Positions 57,804 to 64,000 of a stretch of 64,000 nucleotides of DNA are shown here, piece after piece (position 1 is the first letter of the stretch; each line of letters begins with the position of its first letter). Where the stretch lies: the NCBI GenBank assembly GCA_963822445.1, contig CAWGHO010000002.1:2432001-2496000 (forward strand), written 5' to 3'. The translations under genes were made by a program, and so were the position numbers. Below the pieces are notes generated by a model. That model ran no database searches. It had not been told where the DNA came from and saw only the letters and a program-made list of their open reading frames with translations. The stretch is from an uncultured Acidobacteriota bacterium. GTDB taxonomy: Bacteria > Acidobacteriota > Thermoanaerobaculia > Gp7-AA8.

Positions 57804-59249
57804 ATGCTGAAGCAGAAAGCCAACGTCATTGCCAGGATCGTCTACGGAGTCGATCTGGCCCTCACTACCATCGCGTTCTTCGCGGCGTTCTTCATCCGCG
57901 ACCTTCTGCTTCCCGTCATCGATCCCGTCCATTTCCCGACCGGCCTCTTTCCGCTGGTCGAGTACCTGAAGATCTACCCGATCATCCTGATCATCTGGTC
58001 GATCCTCTTCTTCACCTACGAGAGCTATCACTCCCACCGCACGGTTCCGCTGACGCAGGAAGCGCTGACCACCATTCGCGTGGTCGCCGTCGGCAATGTC
58101 CTCCTGGCGACGCTCGCGTACCTCCTGCCGCTCCGGCAGCTCTCGCGTTCCTGGTTCGTGCTCTTCGCGGTCATCGCGGCGGTGCTGCTCGTCGCGGAGA
58201 AGATCCTGGTGCGGGTCATCGCGCGGTGGGTGCGCTCGAAGGGCTTGAACTATCGAACGGTGCTCATCGTCGGCACCGGCCGGCGCGCGACCGAGATCGC
58301 CCGGATGATCGCCGACCACAAATACTGGGGCTACAAGATCCTCGGATTCGTCAGCGACGGCCACCATCTGTCGAACGGGTGGACGCGTTACCGCATCTTC
58401 GGAACCGTGCCGCAGCTCAAGCACATCCTGGAGACCGGCGAGATCGTCGAGCCGATCGACGAGATCGTGTTCGCGGTCACGCGGAAGAAGCTCGATGAGA
58501 TGAAGCAGATCTTTCTGCTCTGCGAAGAGCTGGGAATCCGCACGCGAGTGGCGATGAACTTCTTCCAGAACCGCGTGGCGCGGCTGGAGATCGAAGAGCT
58601 GGAAGGCGTGCCGTTCCTGACCTTCACCACCACGCCGTCGAACGAAGCGCAACTGGCCGCGAAGCGCGCGCTCGACATCGCCATCTCGATGCTGCTCCTG
58701 TCGCTGTCGCTGCCGGCCATCACCATCGCCGCGCTGGCCATCAAGCTTTCCTCGCCCGGCTCGGTGCTGTTCAAGCAGAAACGCATCGGCCTGAACGGCC
58801 GCATGTTCACGCTCTACAAGTTCCGCACGATGATCGCGGACGCGCACGAGCGCCGCGAGGAAGTCGCGCATCTCAACGAGATGGGCGGCCCGGCGTTCAA
58901 GGCGAAGGAAGATCCGCGCGTGACACCGGTCGGCCGCTGGCTGCGCCGCTTCTCGCTCGATGAGCTGCCGCAGCTCTGGAACGTGCTCAAAGGCGACATG
59001 AGCCTGGTCGGTCCGCGTCCGCCGATTCCGGAGGAAGTGGCGTCGTATCACCGCTGGCATCGCCGGCGCCTGTCGATGAAGCCGGGCCTGACCTGCCTCT
59101 GGCAGATCAGCGGCCGCAACGAGATCCAGGACTTCGACCGCTGGATGAAGCTCGACCTGCAGTACATCGACAACTGGTCGCCGAAGCTGGACATGAAGAT
59201 CCTGTTGAAGACGATTCCGGCGGTGTTGAGCGGCAAAGGCGCGTCGTAG
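57804..59249 (+). CDS. Polyprenyl-phosphate glycosyl-1-phosphate transferase (WcaJ/CpsE-like priming sugar transferase)
   Basis: N-terminal TMs; KRALDI, YKFRTM, DPRVTPVGRWLRRFSLDELPQLWNVLKGDMSLVGPRP, KPGLTCLWQISGR. Confidence 0.93.
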   Translation: MLKQKANVIARIVYGVDLALTTIAFFAAFFIRDLLLPVIDPVHFPTGLFPLVEYLKIYPIILIIWSILFFTYESYHSHRTVPLTQEALTTIRVVAVGNVLLATLAYLLPLRQLSRSWFVLFAVIAAVLLVAEKILVRVIARWVRSKGLNYRTVLIVGTGRRATEIARMIADHKYWGYKILGFVSDGHHLSNGWTRYRIFGTVPQLKHILETGEIVEPIDEIVFAVTRKKLDEMKQIFLLCEELGIRTRVAMNFFQNRVARLEIEELEGVPFLTFTTTPSNEAQLAAKRALDIAISMLLLSLSLPAITIAALAIKLSSPGSVLFKQKRIGLNGRMFTLYKFRTMIADAHERREEVAHLNEMGGPAFKAKEDPRVTPVGRWLRRFSLDELPQLWNVLKGDMSLVGPRPPIPEEVASYHRWHRRRLSMKPGLTCLWQISGRNEIQDFDRWMKLDLQYIDNWSPKLDMKILLKTIPAVLSGKGAS

Positions 59250-59322
59250 TTACGGGGTTTCGAGGTTACGAGGTCCGGGGGTGACTCCCTCGTAACCCCG
59301 AAACCTCGTAACCCCGCAACCT
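59249..59322. repeat. Palindromic octamer tandem-repeat array, same family as 46538-46617
   Basis: gtta cggggttt cgaggtta cgaggt - spacer - cctcg taaccccg aaacctcg taaccccg caacct. Confidence 0.88.
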
Positions 59323-59327
59323 ATACT
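59322..59327 (+). promoter_or_regulatory. Putative -10 (TATACT), leaderless decarboxylase mRNA
   Basis: 8 nt before ATG 59336, directly abutting the repeat array; no SD. Confidence 0.55.
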
Positions 59328-59335
59328 TCGGCTCC

Positions 59336-60721
59336 ATGCCGAAGTTAGATCCCACCACAGATGACTTCCGCGCCGCCGGTCATCGCCTGATCGACTGGGT
59401 CGCCGACTACCTCCAGAACATCGATTCCTATCCGGTGCTCTCGTCGGCGAAGCCCGGCGACGTCCAGCGGCAGTTCGCCGCGGCAGCGAGCGAAGAGGGC
59501 AAGCCGTACGACGCGCTCATCGCCGAATTCGAGTCGAAGATCCTCCCCGGCATCACCCACTGGAACCATCCCTCGTTCTTCGCCTACTTCTCCGTCACCG
59601 GGTCGCAGGCGGGCATTCTCGGCGAGCTCCTGTCCGCGGCCATCAACGCGAACGGGATGCTCTGGAAGACGTCTCCGGCGCTGACGGAGCTGGAGACGCT
59701 CGCGCTGCGCTGGCTGCGCGACGCCCTCGGCCTGCCGTCGAATCTCTTCGGCGTCATCAACGACACGGCGTCGATCAACGTCTTCCTGGCCCTGGCCGCC
59801 GCGCGCGAAGCGACGGGCCTGGACATTCGCGGGAAGGGGATGACCGGGCGCGATCTGCCGCCGCTCCGGCTCTATTGCTCCGAACACGCCCACTCGTCGG
59901 TCGACAAAGGCGCGCTGGCGCTCGGCTTCGGATCGACGGGCATCGTGAAGGTCGCCGCAGACGAGCAGTTCCGCATGCGTCCCGAGGCGCTCGCCGACGC
60001 GATTGCGAAAGATCGCGCGGCCGGCGCGTTGCCATGTGTCGTCGTCGCGACCACGGGCACGACGTCAACCGCGGCTGTCGATCCCGTTCGCGAGATCGGC
60101 GCAATCGCCGCGCGCGAGAACTGCTGGCTGCACGTCGACGCCGCGTACGCGGGCTCGGCGACGATCTGCGAGGAAAACCGCTGGATCTGGGACGGCGTCG
60201 CCGAATACGCGGACTCGATCGTCACCAACCCGCACAAATGGCTCTTCACCCCGATCGACTGCAGCGTGCTGTACACCCGCCGTCCGGACGTCCTTCGCGA
60301 GACCTTCTCGCTCGTGCCCGAATACCTGAAGACGACCGACACCGCGGAGATCAACTACATGGATTACGGCCTCCAGCTCGGCCGCCGGTTCCGCGCGCTG
60401 AAGTTATGGATGGTGATGGAGCACTACGGACTGGAGCGCCTGCGCACGGTCATTCGCGAGCAGATCGGGTTCGCGGAACGCCTCGCCGAAGAATTGCGAT
60501 CCCGCGATGACGTCGAAGTGCTCTCGCAATCGTTCAGCGTGGTCGTCTTCCGTTTGCGCGCTGGCGATGATGCCACCGCGGCGGCGATGGAGAAGATGAA
60601 CGCCAGCGGCAAGTTCTTCGTGTCCCACACGAAACTGCGGGGGCATTACGCGATTCGTGTGGCCATCGGCAACGGCGCCACGGAATGGCGGCACGTGCAG
60701 CAGATCCTGAGCTCTCTGTGA
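59336..60721 (+). CDS. PLP-dependent group II decarboxylase (aromatic-L-amino-acid decarboxylase-like)
   Basis: PGITHWNHPSFFAYF, SPALTELE, AHSSVDK, HVDAAYAG, NPHKW, LGRRFRALKLW. Confidence 0.92.
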   Translation: MPKLDPTTDDFRAAGHRLIDWVADYLQNIDSYPVLSSAKPGDVQRQFAAAASEEGKPYDALIAEFESKILPGITHWNHPSFFAYFSVTGSQAGILGELLSAAINANGMLWKTSPALTELETLALRWLRDALGLPSNLFGVINDTASINVFLALAAAREATGLDIRGKGMTGRDLPPLRLYCSEHAHSSVDKGALALGFGSTGIVKVAADEQFRMRPEALADAIAKDRAAGALPCVVVATTGTTSTAAVDPVREIGAIAARENCWLHVDAAYAGSATICEENRWIWDGVAEYADSIVTNPHKWLFTPIDCSVLYTRRPDVLRETFSLVPEYLKTTDTAEINYMDYGLQLGRRFRALKLWMVMEHYGLERLRTVIREQIGFAERLAEELRSRDDVEVLSQSFSVVVFRLRAGDDATAAAMEKMNASGKFFVSHTKLRGHYAIRVAIGNGATEWRHVQQILSSL

Positions 60722-61497
60722 TGCGCGCGCTGGTCATCCTCGTCCTTCTCGCATCCTGCACGAGCACGAACCGCATGATCCAGACCGGATTTCTCGATCG
60801 CACCGTGACGGTCGGAGCGTCCTCGTATCCCTACGTCGTCCACGTCCCGCGCGAGTGGACGCCGGCCCGCACCTGGCCGGTAGTGTTGTTTTTCCACGGC
60901 GCCGGCGAGCGAGGGAGCGACGGCCGGCGGCAGATGCAGATCGGTGCCGCGAGTGCGATCCGTTCCTCACCGGAACGGGTCCCGGCCCTGGTCGTCCTGC
61001 CCCAGGCACCGGCGGACGAGCGATGGATCGGGGCTCCTGCCGATGCGGCCATGAAGGCGCTCGAGGAGGTGGTGGCCGAGTACCGCGGAGACCGCGAGCG
61101 CATCTATCTCACCGGGTTGTCGCTCGGAGGCTTCGGCACGTGGCATCTCGCGCTGGCTCACCCCCGAGTGTTCGCCGCGCTCGTTCCGGTTTGCGGCGGC
61201 ATCGTGCCGAATGGCTCCGCGACGTCGGTCCGGCAATCACCTCTCACGCTTGCCGCGCCGGACCCTTACGCCTTCACTGCCGCGCGTCTGCGCCACCTGC
61301 CGGTCTGGATGTTCCACGGCAGCGAGGACACTGTCATTCACCCTTCCGAGTCGCGCAGGATGCACGAGGCGCTGCGCGCCGCGGGTGGAGAGGTCCGCTA
61401 CACGGAGTACGACAAGGTTGGCCACGATGCGTGGATCCGCGCGTACGGCGACGCGGAGATGTGGACCTGGCTATTTCAGCAACGACGCCGGCAGTGA
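60721..61497 (+). CDS. Alpha/beta-hydrolase lipoprotein (predicted peptidase/esterase)
   Basis: Lipobox LASC; FHGAGERGSDG, GLSLGG nucleophile, FHGSEDTVI, VGHDAW. Confidence 0.85.
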   Translation: MRALVILVLLASCTSTNRMIQTGFLDRTVTVGASSYPYVVHVPREWTPARTWPVVLFFHGAGERGSDGRRQMQIGAASAIRSSPERVPALVVLPQAPADERWIGAPADAAMKALEEVVAEYRGDRERIYLTGLSLGGFGTWHLALAHPRVFAALVPVCGGIVPNGSATSVRQSPLTLAAPDPYAFTAARLRHLPVWMFHGSEDTVIHPSESRRMHEALRAAGGEVRYTEYDKVGHDAWIRAYGDAEMWTWLFQQRRRQ

Positions 61498-63300
61498 GGC
61501 CTGCACGACACGAATGACCGCGTCGCCGAACGCCTCCAGCTTCGCGTCACCGATCCCGTAGATTCCGCGCAACTCGTACAAGGTCGACGGCCGCGCGCGC
61601 GAAAGCTCGCGCAGGGTCTTGTCGCTGAAGATGACGTACGGCGGCACGCCGCGCTCCTGCGCTTCGCTGCGCCGCCATGCTCGCAAAGCCTCGAAGAGCT
61701 GGCGATCGTACGGCGTGCCCTCATCGGCCGGCAGTCGTCGCGAAACGGATGGAACCGCATCGCGCTTCCGCACCGCCGGCTGCCGCAACACCACGTCGGC
61801 AAGACCGCGCGTGACTTCACGGGCTCTCGGTCCGAGGCGGAGGACGGGGTATTGATCGTCGGTCTGGTGGAGGAAGCCTTGAGCGACCAGTTGGTAGATC
61901 CATTCGCGCACGTCGTGGCGTGTCTCGCCCTTCAGCAGTCCGTACGTCGAAAGCTGATCGTGACCGCGATCGCGAATCCGTTCCGTGTCTTCGCCGCGGA
62001 GTACGCCGACGACATGCGCGACACCGAACGATTCCCGAACCCGATAAACGCAGGACACGATCTTCTGCGCGACGATCAACGCGTCCGGCACCAGCTCCGT
62101 CTCGCCCAGGCAGATGTCGCAGGCGCGGCAATCCTCGGCGGCGTGTTCCTGCCCGAAGTACTCGACCAGCGCGCGATGGCGGCACGACGCGCCGGAGCAG
62201 TAGCGGTCCATATCATTGAGATGGCGCAGCATCGATTCCGCGTGGGCGCGATCGCCATTCGAGTCCGCCAGCATCGACTTCCAGGTCATGAAATCGGAGC
62301 CGGAGTAGAGCAGCACGCACTCGGCCTCCAGACCATCGCGGCCCGCGCGTCCCGATTCCTGCTGGTAATGCTCGATCGATTTCGGCATGGCCGTGTGCAG
62401 GACGAAGCGGACGTTCGAGCGGTCGATGCCCATTCCGAATGCGACGGTGGCTACGACCAGATCGCATTTTTCGTTCGAGAACGCGTCCTGCGCATCGCGG
62501 CGCTCGTCCTGCGTCAGCCCGGCGTGATAGGCGACGGCGTTGTGTCCCTTGCGGCGAAGCTTCTCGGAAAGCGAATCGACGTCCTTGCGGCGGATGCAGT
62601 AGACGATGCCCGCCTCGCCGCGGTGCCGCTCGATGACGTCGAGCACCTGTTTGGACTCCTCCTGCCGCGGAAGGACGCGGTAGGTGAGATTGGGGCGATC
62701 GAAATCGCCGACGAGCACCAGCGGCTTGCGCAGCCCGAGTTGCTCGGAGATGTCTTTGCGGACCTGCGGCGTCGCCGTCGCGGTGTACGCGTGAACCGAG
62801 CTGTCCGGAAACTGATCGCGCAGGGTCTGCAGCTGGCGGTACTCCGGCCGGAAATCGTGACCCCAGTGGCTGATGCAGTGGGCCTCGTCGATCGCGAAGG
62901 TCTTCACGTTCGCTGTCGAAAGAAACTCGCGGCAGCGCGGCGTCGCCAGCCGTTCCGGCGAAACGAAGAGCAGCTTCACTTCGCCCCGCGCCACGGCCCG
63001 CTCCACGCGCCGTAGATCGTCGATCGACTGCGAGCTGTTGAGCTGTCCCGCCGGCACGCCGCATTCGCGAAGGCCGTCGACCTGGTCCTTCATCAGGGAG
63101 ATCAGCGGCGAAACGACCACGGTCACGGAGTCCTGCAGGACCGCAGGTGCCTGATAACAGAGGGATTTGCCGCCGCCCGTGGGCATGACCACCAGAGCAT
63201 CGCGGCCGGAGAGCGCTGCCAGCATGGCCTCTTCCTGCAGAGGCCGGAGCGAGTCATATCCCCAATGTTTGTTGATGATCTCCAGGAGCCGGGCGCGCAC
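61471..63300 (-). CDS. recQ: ATP-dependent DNA helicase RecQ
   Basis: MPTGGGKSLCYQ, DEAHCISHWGHDFRPEY, ATVAFGMGID, QESGRAGRDG, Zn-binding Cys residues, RQC and HRDC (PPYVIFSD) domains. Confidence 0.96.
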   Translation of the reverse strand: MRARLLEIINKHWGYDSLRPLQEEAMLAALSGRDALVVMPTGGGKSLCYQAPAVLQDSVTVVVSPLISLMKDQVDGLRECGVPAGQLNSSQSIDDLRRVERAVARGEVKLLFVSPERLATPRCREFLSTANVKTFAIDEAHCISHWGHDFRPEYRQLQTLRDQFPDSSVHAYTATATPQVRKDISEQLGLRKPLVLVGDFDRPNLTYRVLPRQEESKQVLDVIERHRGEAGIVYCIRRKDVDSLSEKLRRKGHNAVAYHAGLTQDERRDAQDAFSNEKCDLVVATVAFGMGIDRSNVRFVLHTAMPKSIEHYQQESGRAGRDGLEAECVLLYSGSDFMTWKSMLADSNGDRAHAESMLRHLNDMDRYCSGASCRHRALVEYFGQEHAAEDCRACDICLGETELVPDALIVAQKIVSCVYRVRESFGVAHVVGVLRGEDTERIRDRGHDQLSTYGLLKGETRHDVREWIYQLVAQGFLHQTDDQYPVLRLGPRAREVTRGLADVVLRQPAVRKRDAVPSVSRRLPADEGTPYDRQLFEALRAWRRSEAQERGVPPYVIFSDKTLRELSRARPSTLYELRGIYGIGDAKLEAFGDAVIRVVQASLPASLLK

Positions 63301-63341
63301 TGTTTGGAATGGTACCGCGTGTGTGCTATCTCTCGCCGCTC

Positions 63342-63875
63342 ATGCCCTCGATCCGCGCCAGCGCAAGATACGCGCGCGCTCTTCAAGCCACCGCCGAGCT
63401 CCTGGGAAAGCTGCGCATCGACGCGATGTACGTCGGCAACGTGGCCCGCGCGGCCTGGCTCGACCTCGAAGTCGACTCCGGCGCGATCGATCTGCTGGCG
63501 CTGATGAATGCGCCGCAGAAAGGGCAGCTGGCGATGATGGCTTCGAACCGCGGCTTTCGCGTCGAGCGGGAGGAGGTCGAGCAGAGCGAGGAGCTCGATC
63601 TGGTGCCGATCAACTTCGTCGATGCGGAAGGCGACGTGCGCGTGCACGTGCTCCTCGCGTCGAACGCGCTCTACGCGAGGATGTTCGCCGGCGGGCATGC
63701 CGCGACCATCGGCGATCGCGAAGTGAAGGTCGCCTCGCCCGAAGATCTCGCGCTGATGCTGCTCATGGCCGATGACGACGAAGCGGTGAAGCGTTTGACG
63801 GCCTTGCCGGAATTCAACCGCGACGCCTTTCGCGAGCGGCTGGCCTCGATCGGCCTGGGAGCGGCGGCACCATGA
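63342..63875 (+). CDS. Degenerate nucleotidyltransferase-fold protein (catalytic residues appear lost)
   Basis: Layout YVGNVA...AIDLL...RVHVLL...VASPEDL parallels the hGG.A...DhDh...hDhh...S.EDLh..K pattern of minimal/AbiEii-like NTases. Confidence 0.55.
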   Translation: MPSIRASARYARALQATAELLGKLRIDAMYVGNVARAAWLDLEVDSGAIDLLALMNAPQKGQLAMMASNRGFRVEREEVEQSEELDLVPINFVDAEGDVRVHVLLASNALYARMFAGGHAATIGDREVKVASPEDLALMLLMADDDEAVKRLTALPEFNRDAFRERLASIGLGAAAP

Positions 63876-64000
63876 AGTGGATCGACCGCCAGGACGCGCT
63901 CGAGTCCGCGCTGAAAGAAGTGTCGACGCATCCGCAGATCGCGGTCGATACCGAAGCGGACTCGCTGCACTCGTACTTCGACAAGGTCTGTCTGGTGCAG
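63872..64000 (+). CDS. rnd: Ribonuclease D, 5' part (runs off the window)
   Basis: MKWIDRQDAL...IAVDTEADSLHSYFDKVCLVQ is the DEDDy Exo I motif of RNase D; ATGA-coupled to the upstream gene. Confidence 0.85.
   Translation, partial: MKWIDRQDALESALKEVSTHPQIAVDTEADSLHSYFDKVCLVQ

Overview
GC-rich, very compact bacterial chromosome segment. It is probably Acidobacteriota (inference from an acidobacterial-type VWA protein and the gene content). (1) 1-28.6 kb is a large, mostly minus-strand surface-polysaccharide cluster: about 12 GT2/GT4 glycosyltransferases, Wzm/Wzt ABC exporter, O-antigen ligase/Wzy-like proteins, a GT-C-like membrane protein, Gmd, a WecA-like initiator, two AsnB-type amidotransferases, a NodU/CmcH carbamoyltransferase and a protein resembling plant GT75 RGP/UDP-arabinopyranose mutase. 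(2) 28.7-50 kb is housekeeping: ETF-QO, hybrid histidine kinase, MoxR-DUF58-transglutaminase, pdxJ, YkuD-family protein, ABC-F, cinA (frameshifted), vapBC, rseP (frameshifted)-dxr-cdsA-uppS, truA, VWA protein, dapF. (3) 50-59 kb is a second glycosylation operon with a GT-C-like protein and a WcaJ-like priming transferase. (4) 59-64 kb holds a PLP decarboxylase, an esterase lipoprotein, recQ, an apparently catalytically dead nucleotidyltransferase and the start of rnd. Non-coding features: four palindromic arrays built of 7- or 8-nt tandem repeats between co-oriented genes, REP-like hairpins (one doublet in frame inside a CDS), and many -10 boxes 6-10 nt before start codons (probable leaderless mRNAs), including overlapping divergent promoters. 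No rRNA, tRNA, CRISPR array or transposase was seen. All functional calls come from motif recognition by eye; no searches were run.
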